Made by a program: the position numbers and the translations under genes
In this document: piece by piece, positions 8,394-16,754 of the stretch
Layout: the number at the start of each line of letters is the position of its first letter
How positions within the stretch are numbered: position 1 is the stretch's first letter
Notes under the pieces: model-generated
What the model saw: the letters and a program-made list of their open reading frames with translations, nothing else
Told to the model about the DNA's origin: nothing
Database searches by the model: none
Source of the DNA: a candidate division WOR-3 bacterium
GTDB lineage: Bacteria; Hydrothermota; Tepidihabitantia; Tepidihabitantales; Tepidihabitantaceae
Direction: 5' to 3'
Assembly: GCA_039801225.1 (NCBI GenBank)
Contig: JBDRUH010000003.1
Location: 1 to 57,244 of the forward strand
Length of the DNA stretch: 57,244 nucleotides

Positions 8394-9783
8394 AATTAAT
8401 CCCAAAAGAACACCTATGCGGGAACAGTCTCCAGAAAAACGCCGCTGCAACTTTGATGAGGTGCCTTATGGCTATACACCGGAGGAGGCAATCGCTGAGG
8501 CACAGCGCTGTCTGAAGTGTAAAAAGCCTGGGTGTGTTGAAGGTTGTCCGGTGGAGGTGGACATCCCCGGCTTTATCAGCCAAATTGCTCAAGGCAACTT
8601 TCTTGAGGCGGTAAAGATAATGAAGCGGACAAATGTCCTACCAGCAATTTGCGGTCGAGTGTGTCCTCAGGAGGTGCAATGTGAAGGTAGTTGTGTATTG
8701 GGGAAAAAGATGGAGCCAGTGGCGATTGGCAATTTGGAGAGGTTTATTGCCGACTGGGAGGCATCACAAGGAGAATGTGTAATGTGTGAAATGCTACCCG
8801 ACTCAGGTAAAAAGGTTGCGGTTGTTGGCTCTGGCCCAGCAGGCTTAACTATCGCTGGAGATATGCGAAAATTCGGACATCAGGTTACTATTTTTGAAGC
8901 GCTGCACAAACCGGGCGGCGTCTTGATGTATGGAATACCTGAATTTCGTTTGCCCAAAGCGGTGGTGGAAAGGGAAGTTAATTTCCTCCGCTCAATGGGG
9001 GTGGAAATAAAGTTGAATTATGTGATAGGCAAATTGATGACCGTTGATGAGTTACTAAAAGAGTTTGATGCGGTCTTTATCGGGACTGGTGCCGGTCTGC
9101 CGCTATTTATGGGCATTCCCGGAGAAAACTGTCTCGGGGTTTATTCGGCAAATGAGTATCTGACTCGCTCCAATCTGATGAAGGCATACCTGTTTCCCAA
9201 ATACGACACACCCATTGTAAGGGGGAAAAATGTGGCGGTTATTGGCGGAGGCAATGTGGCGATGGATGCGGCACGAACTGCATTGCGTTTGGGTGCTGAA
9301 CGCTCAATGTTAATATATCGCCGTTCCCGCGCCGAGATGCCGGCACGAGCGGCGGAAATCCATCACGCTGAGGAGGAAGGGGTGGAATTTCATCTTTTGA
9401 CCAATCCGGTGCGCTACATTGCCGATGGTCAGGGCTGGGTTAAAGAGGTGGAATGTCTGAAAATGGAACTGGGCGAACCCGATGCCTCAGGAAGACGCCG
9501 ACCGGTTCCTATCCCCGGTAGCGAGTTTCGGGTTCCGGTTGATACTGTGGTAGTTGCAATTGGTAACAGCCCAAATCCGCTTATTCCCCAAACCACCCCA
9601 GGGTTAGAGGTTAGTAAAAAAGGGACAATTTCTATAGACCCAAAAACCGGCAGGACCTCTAAAAAGGGTGTATTTGCCGGCGGCGATATTGTAACCGGTG
9701 CGGCAACGGTTATTCTCGCTATGGGCGCCGGTAGAATAGCAGCAAAATCAATGAATGAGTATCTATCAACTGGTGTCTGGTAA
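8386..9783 (+). CDS. nfnB: NfnB / NADPH-dependent glutamate synthase small-chain-like FAD oxidoreductase
   Basis: Fe-S motifs are present (CLKCKKPGCVEGCPV, CGRVCPQEVQCEGSC). Two Rossmann motifs follow (VAVVGSGPAGL, VAVIGGGNVAMD), then C-terminal GVFAGGD. I chose the GTG at 8386, which overlaps the nfnA stop, over the track's ATG at 8335. The start is uncertain. Confidence 0.85.
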   Translation: MAKINPKRTPMREQSPEKRRCNFDEVPYGYTPEEAIAEAQRCLKCKKPGCVEGCPVEVDIPGFISQIAQGNFLEAVKIMKRTNVLPAICGRVCPQEVQCEGSCVLGKKMEPVAIGNLERFIADWEASQGECVMCEMLPDSGKKVAVVGSGPAGLTIAGDMRKFGHQVTIFEALHKPGGVLMYGIPEFRLPKAVVEREVNFLRSMGVEIKLNYVIGKLMTVDELLKEFDAVFIGTGAGLPLFMGIPGENCLGVYSANEYLTRSNLMKAYLFPKYDTPIVRGKNVAVIGGGNVAMDAARTALRLGAERSMLIYRRSRAEMPARAAEIHHAEEEGVEFHLLTNPVRYIADGQGWVKEVECLKMELGEPDASGRRRPVPIPGSEFRVPVDTVVVAIGNSPNPLIPQTTPGLEVSKKGTISIDPKTGRTSKKGVFAGGDIVTGAATVILAMGAGRIAAKSMNEYLSTGVW

Positions 9784-9809
9784 AAAAACTATGAATAAGG
9801 AGATGGATT

Positions 9810-10757
9810 ATGAGTAAAAGTGACATAGTCAGAAGGCTCAGGAAACGCAAAATCGGCGTCTTAATGGGAGGATGGTCGAGCGAACGGGAGGTATCACTGC
9901 TTTCCGGACAGCGGGTACTGGAATCAATGAAACGCCAAGGATTTCAAGCAGTAGGAATTGATATCAATCGCAGTTTTGTCGACCAAATTCGCCAGGCGAA
10001 GATTGATATGGCATTTATCATCCTTCACGGAAGACCGGGAGAGGACGGAACGATGCAGGGCTTTTTAGAACTTTTGGGAATTCCTTATACCGGTTCTGGA
10101 GTAACCGCCTCAGCAATCTGCATTGATAAGATTTTTACCAAAATGATTTTAAGACAGTTGGGCATTCCTACGCCAGATTTTATTACTGTGAGTAGCGAGG
10201 AGGATGTCACAGAAGGACTTGCCGAAGCAGAGAAGCAGTTCGGCTATCCCTTAATTGTTAAGCCGCGTTGCGAAGGTTCCAGTGTCGGAATTGAACTCTT
10301 AGAGGGAAGAAGGGGGGCGTTAGAGCGGTGTGAAAGAGTTTGGCGGGGTTTTGGTGATATTTTAATTGAACCTTTTATTGAAGGTATGATCGCGACCGTC
10401 GGAATTGTTGGCCAGGATGTTCTGCCAATATTAGAACTCTTGCCCAGGAGCCAGCGTTTTTACTCTTACGAGGCAAAATATACCCGGGGCGAAACCGATT
10501 TTATCATCCCGGCGCGACTGACCCCCAGGGTTGAAAGTAAAATCAAAGAACTGGCAATGAAGGCGCACCAGGGATTAGGGTGCAAAGGATTCTCCCGAAT
10601 TGACCTGATTGTCAAAGATGGCACTAAACCTTATTTCTTGGAGGTCAACACCCTGCCCGGACTCACTGACATTTCCGACCTGCCGGCACAGGCAGAATAC
10701 GCCGGAATCTCTTACGATGAACTAATCTTCAGAATCCTGGCTGATGCCCTGATATAA
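9810..10757 (+). CDS. ddl: D-alanine--D-alanine ligase
   Basis: An AAGGAG RBS precedes the start. ATP-grasp Ddl motifs are present: GGWSSEREVSLLSG, HGRPGEDGTMQGFLELLGIPYTGSG, YPLIVKP, EVNTLPGLT. Confidence 0.9.
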   Translation: MSKSDIVRRLRKRKIGVLMGGWSSEREVSLLSGQRVLESMKRQGFQAVGIDINRSFVDQIRQAKIDMAFIILHGRPGEDGTMQGFLELLGIPYTGSGVTASAICIDKIFTKMILRQLGIPTPDFITVSSEEDVTEGLAEAEKQFGYPLIVKPRCEGSSVGIELLEGRRGALERCERVWRGFGDILIEPFIEGMIATVGIVGQDVLPILELLPRSQRFYSYEAKYTRGETDFIIPARLTPRVESKIKELAMKAHQGLGCKGFSRIDLIVKDGTKPYFLEVNTLPGLTDISDLPAQAEYAGISYDELIFRILADALI

Positions 10758-10808
10758 CCCTCAGCCGCCAAAACTTGACATTACTCACCTTTCGGATAAA
10801 ATAAAACG

Positions 10809-11294
10809 ATGGCTCTGACACCGTTAGAAATACGGAAAAAGGCTTTTGCTCTTGTATTACGCGGCTATTCTCCTAAAGAGGTGCGGGCGTTTTTAGCCGC
10901 GGTCGCCAATGAATTTGAAGAACTGCGTAAGGAAAGGGCGCAACTGGCCGAAAAAGTTGACGAACTCGGAACTCGCCTCGCTGGCTATGAAAAAACCGAA
11001 GGCATTTTAAAAGAAACTTTACTCACCGCTCAAAAGACAATTGAGGAACTCCGCACCGCCGCCCAAAAGGAGTGTGAGGCGCTTATCCAGTCCGCAAAAC
11101 AGGAGGCAGAGCGTCTGAAAAACGATATGGTGGAACTGCGTCAGCGTCGTGCCCTCATATTAGATGAAATTCGTGGTATTGCCAACACCTATCTGGCAAT
11201 TGTGGAAAGATTTGAAAGAGAGTCCAAACCCCAAAGCCAGAATGACGCCGCTAAAACAGAAGATTCAGGAAAGCGTCCAGGCGATAAGAAATAG
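10809..11294 (+). CDS. divIVA: DivIVA domain-containing cell-division protein
   Basis: It has the canonical N-terminus MALTPLEIRKKAFALVLRGYSPKEVRAFL, followed by a coiled coil. Confidence 0.8.
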   Translation: MALTPLEIRKKAFALVLRGYSPKEVRAFLAAVANEFEELRKERAQLAEKVDELGTRLAGYEKTEGILKETLLTAQKTIEELRTAAQKECEALIQSAKQEAERLKNDMVELRQRRALILDEIRGIANTYLAIVERFERESKPQSQNDAAKTEDSGKRPGDKK

Positions 11295-12063
11295 AACCGG
11301 TTTCAAACCCGAGATTGGCATCATCCTCGGCACCGGCCTGGGAAGAATAGCCGACAATGTCCAAACTGAGGTTACTATCCCCTACTCCACCATTCCACAC
11401 TTTCCCACCCCAACCGTGGAAAGTCATAGTGGTAGACTCATTCTTGGTATCTTAAGTGAACGACCGGTGGTAATAATGCAGGGCAGGTTTCACTATTACG
11501 AGGGCTATGACCTTCAAGAGGTTACCCACCCGGTCCGGGTAATGAAAGATTTAGGGATTCACACCCTGATACTCTCTAATGCTAGTGGCGGGCTAAACCA
11601 GCTATACCGCCTGGGCGACATCGCCGTAATCACCGACCATATCAATATCACCGGGCATAACCCATTACGAGGACCTAATGATGACACCCTCGGTCCAAGA
11701 TTCCCTGATATGTTTCAATGCTATGACCCCAAATTAATTAAAATTGCCGAAGACGTTGCTATTGAAATTGGTATCACCCTTCGGCAGGGGGTATATGCCT
11801 GGGTAACCGGTCCTAGCCTGGAAACTGCCGCTGAATATCGCTACTTAAGAATAATCGGTGCCGACCTGGTGGGTATGTCAACTGTGCCCGAAACAATTGT
11901 TGCCCGCCATGCCGGTTTACGGGTATTAGCCTTTTCTATAATAACCGATATGGGCACTCCTGAAGATTTAAAACCGCTTGACCTCGCAACTATCCTCCGG
12001 GTCGCCAATGAAGCCCAGCCAAAACTTGCTACATTGATAAGTGAAATAATTAGGCGCATTTGA
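11242..12063 (+). CDS. purine nucleoside phosphorylase (PNP/MTAP family)
   Basis: Family motifs are GIILGTGLG, GRFHYYEGY, LSNASGGLN and LVGMSTVPE. I chose the ATG at 11242 (MTPLKQKIQESV...) rather than the track start at 11164. It still overlaps the divIVA 3' end by 53 nt. Confidence 0.85.
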   Translation: MTPLKQKIQESVQAIRNRTGFKPEIGIILGTGLGRIADNVQTEVTIPYSTIPHFPTPTVESHSGRLILGILSERPVVIMQGRFHYYEGYDLQEVTHPVRVMKDLGIHTLILSNASGGLNQLYRLGDIAVITDHINITGHNPLRGPNDDTLGPRFPDMFQCYDPKLIKIAEDVAIEIGITLRQGVYAWVTGPSLETAAEYRYLRIIGADLVGMSTVPETIVARHAGLRVLAFSIITDMGTPEDLKPLDLATILRVANEAQPKLATLISEIIRRI

Positions 12064-12095
12064 AGCTCACTATCCCTCATCCGCAGGCAAATAGT

Positions 12096-12887
12096 ATGAA
12101 AAAGTCAAATCGCCTGTCGGCTGTCAGCTGTGGGCTGTGGGCTGTTTTGGCTTTTGGCTTTTGGCTTCTACCCAATTGGGGATGTTCACCAAAGGAGAAA
12201 ACGATAAAACCCCTATCGGGTGCCGGGAATGTCCAAGAGGCTTTTGACCAGGCGCTGGAAGACAAAATGGCAAAAAGATTCCCTAAAGCGATAGATGGTT
12301 TTACCTATATCATTTTTAACTTTCCCGGTACCATCTTGGCGGGTGATGCCCAGTTTCAACTGGCAGACTGCTATTTTGAAAAAAGGGACTACGAACAGGC
12401 ACAGACCGAATTTGACTTCTATCTTAAGAACTTTCCCAATGGGCGCTATCAGGAGGAGGCTTCTTTCAAACTGGCGCTCGCCACTTTCCGCTCCGCCCCA
12501 GGACCTCAGAAGGACCAGACCAAGGTTCTATTGGCAAAGGAACTTTTGGAAAATTTTTTGCGAGATTATCCTCTCTCTCACTTCCGCTCCCAGGCAGAAG
12601 AAGTTTTAGCAAAAATTGAATTTAGACTTGCTCGGCGAGAATTTGAGGCGGCGCGGCTCTACTTCCGAGCCGGCGAACTCAAGTCCGCTTTGGTCTATTA
12701 TGAGTTTATCAAAAAAAAATACCCGGATATCAACTGGTTGGAAATAGACCGATTTCGCCTGGCGGTATGTTACGCTGAAACAGGTCAAAAAGAAAAGGCG
12801 CGCCCGCTATTTGAAGAAATTGTTAACAACACCTCTTCTCCCCGTCTCAAACAAACTGCCCAGCGCTATCTTGCCCAGTTTCCCTAA
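12096..12887 (+). CDS. bamD: outer membrane protein assembly factor BamD (TPR-like lipoprotein)
   Basis: The product starts MKKSNRLSAVSCGLWAVLAFGFWLLPNWGCSP, a signal peptide with a lipobox-like Cys. BamD/YfiO-type repeats follow (AQFQLADCYFEKRDYEQAQTEFDFYLKNFPNGRYQEEA). The signal peptide is encoded by heptamer arrays. Confidence 0.7.
   Translation: MKKSNRLSAVSCGLWAVLAFGFWLLPNWGCSPKEKTIKPLSGAGNVQEAFDQALEDKMAKRFPKAIDGFTYIIFNFPGTILAGDAQFQLADCYFEKRDYEQAQTEFDFYLKNFPNGRYQEEASFKLALATFRSAPGPQKDQTKVLLAKELLENFLRDYPLSHFRSQAEEVLAKIEFRLARREFEAARLYFRAGELKSALVYYEFIKKKYPDINWLEIDRFRLAVCYAETGQKEKARPLFEEIVNNTSSPRLKQTAQRYLAQFP
12114..12169 (+). repeat. compound heptanucleotide array (CTGTCGG-type x4, then GGCTTTT-type x4)
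   Basis: The units are CTGTCGG CTGTCAG CTGTGGG CTGTGGG CTGTTTT GGCTTTT GGCTTTT GGCTTCT. That is 56 nt of unbroken 7-nt periodicity, encoding the BamD signal peptide. Confidence 0.9.
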
Positions 12888-12908
12888 AACCTTATTATTA
12901 TATTATAA

Positions 12909-13505
12909 ATGCGTCTCGGTATATTAGGCGGATGTTTTGACCCAATCCACATCGGTCACATCCTGGTCGCCCAGGATGTCCTGTTTAAATTGAAACTAAG
13001 TCGAATTATTTTCGTTCCCTCTTTTTCTCCACCCCATCGCCCACCACCGATTACCCCCTATCACCATCGCGTCAAAATGGTACAACTGGCAATCAAATAC
13101 AACCCCCGATTCAAACTCTCTCAAATAGAGAAAGACCGCACCGGACCTTCTTACACAGTAGACACATTACGACAGTTCCGCCGAGTACTCCCGAAAGCAT
13201 ACCTTTATTTCATACTCGGTTATGACCAGTACCGCACTGTAGAAAGTTGGCACAACCCCGAAGAACTCACCCAACTGGCAAAAATAGTTGTTATCAGCCG
13301 ACCGAAAATATCTCGTCCGCGACTTTTCCCGGAACACGAGTCCCGCCGGGTAATATTTCTTGATGTAATACCGGTGGCAGTTTCTGCTCAGCTAATAAGA
13401 GAAAGGCTTGCCAAAGACAAATCAATTCGCTATCTTGTTACTACTAAAGTGGCAGAATACATCTATCGCCACCGCCTTTATAGAGTTAATAGAGATAAAA
13501 ACTAA
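12909..13505 (+). CDS. nadD: nicotinate-nucleotide adenylyltransferase
   Basis: The N-terminus GILGGCFDPIHIGH carries the (H/T)xGH nucleotidyltransferase motif. SYTVDTL and a later ISAQLIRERL (ISST-like) region are also present. Confidence 0.85.
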   Translation: MRLGILGGCFDPIHIGHILVAQDVLFKLKLSRIIFVPSFSPPHRPPPITPYHHRVKMVQLAIKYNPRFKLSQIEKDRTGPSYTVDTLRQFRRVLPKAYLYFILGYDQYRTVESWHNPEELTQLAKIVVISRPKISRPRLFPEHESRRVIFLDVIPVAVSAQLIRERLAKDKSIRYLVTTKVAEYIYRHRLYRVNRDKN

Positions 13506-13522
13506 ACTAAAAAGGAGGTCAG

Positions 13523-13837
13523 GTGTTTGAAGTTGCATTTGCCCAGAATCAGCCAGGAACCCAGCCCACTGGCGGACTCGGATTCTTAGGAAGCATTCTT
13601 CCTTTATTGTTAATATTTGTTGTCCTGTACTTTCTTATCATCCTTCCTCAGCAGCGCCGGCAAAAAAAACATCGCGAGATGCTCACCAGTTTGAAAAATG
13701 GCGACCGGGTCGTTTTTGCCTCAGGGATTCTGGGAACAATAACTAAAGTAAAGGACAACACTTTTATGGTGAAAATCGCCGAAGGGACTGAAATTGAAGT
13801 AGAAAAGGGTGCGATCGCCTACAAACTCGGCTCATAA
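13523..13837 (+). CDS. yajC: preprotein translocase subunit YajC
   Basis: GTG start after AGGAGG. One TM helix is followed by PQQRRQKKHREMLTSLKNGDRVVFASGILGTI, the classic YajC motif. Confidence 0.85.
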   Translation: MFEVAFAQNQPGTQPTGGLGFLGSILPLLLIFVVLYFLIILPQQRRQKKHREMLTSLKNGDRVVFASGILGTITKVKDNTFMVKIAEGTEIEVEKGAIAYKLGS

Positions 13838-13849
13838 CGCGGAGAGCTG

Positions 13850-14398
13850 ATGGATACTCCGCAATGGGGAACTATCGGTCAGGTCCGGCGAATAGTTCTT
13901 TATGGCAATCCGATTCTTCGTTTTCCTGCTCAACAAGTAGAAAAAATCACCCCAGAACTTCTTCAGATTATGGCCGACCTTTTGACCACAATGAAAAAGA
14001 AAGATGGCGTAGGACTCGCTGCCAATCAAATTGGTGAACGGGTAGCAGTCATTGCAATCAATCCCCAATCCTGTGATTTGGACTCCCCCCCGACCTGCAT
14101 TATTAACCCAAAAGTCCTTATTACTGAAGGTGTAATTGAAGCGGAAGAAGGTTGCCTTTCCTTTCCTGATATCTATGAGATTGTTCCCAGACCGGAGATG
14201 GTAAAAGTCCAGGGAATTAGCCCGGAAGGAAAAGAACTAAGCATAGAAGCAACTAAACTATTGGCTCGGGCACTACTCCACGAAATAGAACATCTTCAGG
14301 GAGTTCTCTTTATTGACCATCTGAGTGAACTGCGTCGGCGCCTGCTCGCCTCTCGGTTGAAAGAAATTGAAGCGAGGGAAAAAGGGGAATGCGAATAG
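13850..14398 (+). CDS. def: peptide deformylase
   Basis: All three PDF motifs are present: GVGLAANQIG, EGCLSFP, HEIEHLQG. Confidence 0.9.
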   Translation: MDTPQWGTIGQVRRIVLYGNPILRFPAQQVEKITPELLQIMADLLTTMKKKDGVGLAANQIGERVAVIAINPQSCDLDSPPTCIINPKVLITEGVIEAEEGCLSFPDIYEIVPRPEMVKVQGISPEGKELSIEATKLLARALLHEIEHLQGVLFIDHLSELRRRLLASRLKEIEAREKGECE

Positions 14399-15327
14399 CC
14401 TTTTTCGGCACCGGCGATTTTGCCATTCCCAGCCTCAAACTGTTAAATGGAAAAAATGACATTATCGCCGTGGTAACCACCCCGCCCCGCCCCCAAGGAC
14501 GGGGCAAAAAAATCCTCCCGAGCCCAGTAGAAAAAACCGCTCGAGAACTTAACCTTAAAATCCTCACACCAGAAAACCCAAACTCTGAATCTTTTGTTAA
14601 AATATTTCGCAATTTTTCACCGGAGTGTGGTGTAGTGGTTGACTATGGGTTCATTCTTAAAGAGCCCCTTTTGAAAATTCCCCGTTATGGGTTTATCAAC
14701 CTTCATCCCTCACTTTTACCCCGTTATCGGGGACCAGCACCAATTCAACGCCAACTGATTGATGGCTGCACTGAAACTGGTGTAACTGTAATTGCAATGT
14801 CTCTTGAGGTTGATTCAGGCGACATTCTAAATCAATTGCGGGTTCCAATTGAACCCGAGGAAACGGCTGGAGAACTGGCACTAAAATTGGCTAAATTAGG
14901 TGCTGAGTTGGTCCAAACCACCATTACTCAAATTGAGCAAGGCTCGCTCAGTCGCTCACCTCAAGACCACTCTCGGGCAACAAAAGCGCCGAAAATCACT
15001 CCCCAAGACCGGCTAATTGACTGGCACAATTCCGCAAGAGAAATTCATAACCGCATCCGCGCCTTGTCTCCTCTGCCGGCCGCTTGGACAACATTCCGAG
15101 AGAAACGCATCCTTCTCCTCCGCTCAAAGATAATTTCTGATATAGAGCAACCCAAAACCCAAAACCCACCAGGCACTGTCCTTATTAACCTCCCCGGAGT
15201 TATTGTCGTTACCGGTAATGGATTCTTAGAACTGGTGCAATTAAAACCGGCTGGAGGTAAGGTGATTACCGGCAAAGAGTTCCGAAACGGATTCCGGCTA
15301 ATATCAGGAGAAAGATTTGACGGGTAA
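14389..15327 (+). CDS. fmt: methionyl-tRNA formyltransferase
   Basis: The N-terminus is MRIAFFGTGDFAIPSL. NLHPSLLPRYRGPAPIQ is present. It lies directly downstream of def and overlaps it. Confidence 0.9.
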   Translation: MRIAFFGTGDFAIPSLKLLNGKNDIIAVVTTPPRPQGRGKKILPSPVEKTARELNLKILTPENPNSESFVKIFRNFSPECGVVVDYGFILKEPLLKIPRYGFINLHPSLLPRYRGPAPIQRQLIDGCTETGVTVIAMSLEVDSGDILNQLRVPIEPEETAGELALKLAKLGAELVQTTITQIEQGSLSRSPQDHSRATKAPKITPQDRLIDWHNSAREIHNRIRALSPLPAAWTTFREKRILLLRSKIISDIEQPKTQNPPGTVLINLPGVIVVTGNGFLELVQLKPAGGKVITGKEFRNGFRLISGERFDG

Positions 15328-15336
15328 GAGGACAGT

Positions 15337-16077
15337 ATGAAAAAGAGTAACCAGCCATTAACAGTATTTCTTTGGCTTCTAATATTCATTACCATTTTTG
15401 TCCTCATTATCCTATTTAACAACTTATTAATGCCCTTTATCACCCGAAAAGGACAGGAGGTTGTTCTTCCAAAACTTACCGGAATGACCCAAAAGGAGGC
15501 AGAGAGCACCTTGCACCGTTTAGGGTTAAAGATTGGTGAAGTTAGGCTGGTGCCCAATTCGGAAATTCCTCCAGAGCGAGTAGTTACTCAATATCCCCGT
15601 TTCGGGCGACGGGTGAAACGAGGAAGAGAGATAGACCTTGATATAAGTCTTGGCTCTCCTAAAATAAAAATTCCCGACTTAATAGGACTTCCTCTGAGCA
15701 ATGCCCTCGCCACCTTAGAACAATCAGGATTTGTTGTTACACAAATTGAATCGGTCCGCACGCCAAGGATCCCCGCAGGAAGGGTCGCCTCCCTATGGCC
15801 TCCTCCAGGTACCGAAGTTCGCAAAGGATGTGAAATTAAAATCTCGGTATCAACTAAAGTCGGAACATTTCCAATGCCCAACCTGGTTGGTTTGAATATT
15901 GAGACCGCCCGTGGTGTTATTATCTCTTATGGTTTAAATCTCGGACAGGTCAAATTAGGTGCAAGTTCTGAGCCTGCCGGAACCGTCCTATTCCAATACC
16001 CGGAAGAAGGTATGACGGTCGGTCCAGGAGACTCGGTAAGTTTAATAGTTGCTCAAAAGAGTGATTCTGTTCACTGA
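15337..16077 (+). CDS. PASTA domain-containing membrane protein (no kinase or transpeptidase domain)
   Basis: There is a short cytoplasmic tail and one TM (FLWLLIFITIFVLIILF). Three ~65-aa PASTA-like repeats follow (LPKLTGMTQKEAESTLHRLGL...; IPDLIGLPLSNALATLEQSGF...; MPNLVGLNIETARGVIISYGL...). Confidence 0.75.
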   Translation: MKKSNQPLTVFLWLLIFITIFVLIILFNNLLMPFITRKGQEVVLPKLTGMTQKEAESTLHRLGLKIGEVRLVPNSEIPPERVVTQYPRFGRRVKRGREIDLDISLGSPKIKIPDLIGLPLSNALATLEQSGFVVTQIESVRTPRIPAGRVASLWPPPGTEVRKGCEIKISVSTKVGTFPMPNLVGLNIETARGVIISYGLNLGQVKLGASSEPAGTVLFQYPEEGMTVGPGDSVSLIVAQKSDSVH

Positions 16078-16754
16078 TGGTTAAAATCTCCGCCTCTATC
16101 CTTGATTGTAACTTTCTCCATCTAAAAGAGGAACTCAAAGCGGTTCTTGAAGCCGGGGTTGATGCAATTCACTTAGATATTATGGATGGCCATTTCGTTC
16201 CCAACCTGAGTTTTGGTGTTCCAATCGCCCGGGCGGTGCATAAGTGGATTACTCAGCCGACAGCCGACACCCGACAGCCGACAGCCATCTATGCCCATCT
16301 GATGGTCATTAAACCGGAAATTTTTATTGACCGTTTTGCTCCCTATGCCGACTTCATCATCTTCCATATTGAAGCAACCGAAAAACCCGACGAGTGTTTC
16401 AATCAGATTCACGCCGCAGGGAAAAATGCCGGTATCTCCCTCAACCCGGATACACCGATTGAATCTTTAAAACCATTTCTCACTTCCGTTAAGGATGTCT
16501 TGATAATGAGCGTCTACCCTGGATTTGGCGGTCAGAAGTTCATCCCGGAAACAATTGAACGCATTCGTTTTCTTTACCACCTCCGACGAGAGATAAAAGG
16601 GAAATGGACCATTTCGGTTGATGGTGGAGTGAATCCGGACAACTGCCGCGACATAATCCAGTCCGGTGCTGATATCCTCATCGCCGGTAGTGCCATCTTT
16701 AAAAGTCCTGATTACCGGAAAACTGTTCGTCGGTTAAAATGTTTGACATCCTGA
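16077..16754 (+). CDS. rpe: ribulose-phosphate 3-epimerase
   Basis: Rpe motifs are HLDIMDGHFVPNLSFG, HLMV, MSVYPGFGGQKF, VDGGV and AGSAIF. An extra heptamer-array-encoded loop (ITQPTADTRQPTAIYA) sits before HLMV. Confidence 0.9.
   Translation: MVKISASILDCNFLHLKEELKAVLEAGVDAIHLDIMDGHFVPNLSFGVPIARAVHKWITQPTADTRQPTAIYAHLMVIKPEIFIDRFAPYADFIIFHIEATEKPDECFNQIHAAGKNAGISLNPDTPIESLKPFLTSVKDVLIMSVYPGFGGQKFIPETIERIRFLYHLRREIKGKWTISVDGGVNPDNCRDIIQSGADILIAGSAIFKSPDYRKTVRRLKCLTS
16254..16288 (+). repeat. heptanucleotide array (CAGCCGA, ~5 units) inside rpe
   Basis: The units are CAGCCGA CAGCCGA CACCCGA CAGCCGA CAGCCAT. They encode QPTADTRQPTAI. Confidence 0.9.

Noticed and set aside
12114-12169. Heptamer arrays as CRISPR or another spacer-containing array
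   Set aside because: The period is 7 nt with no unique spacers. Arrays are 20-56 nt long and scattered inside genes. No cas genes are present.
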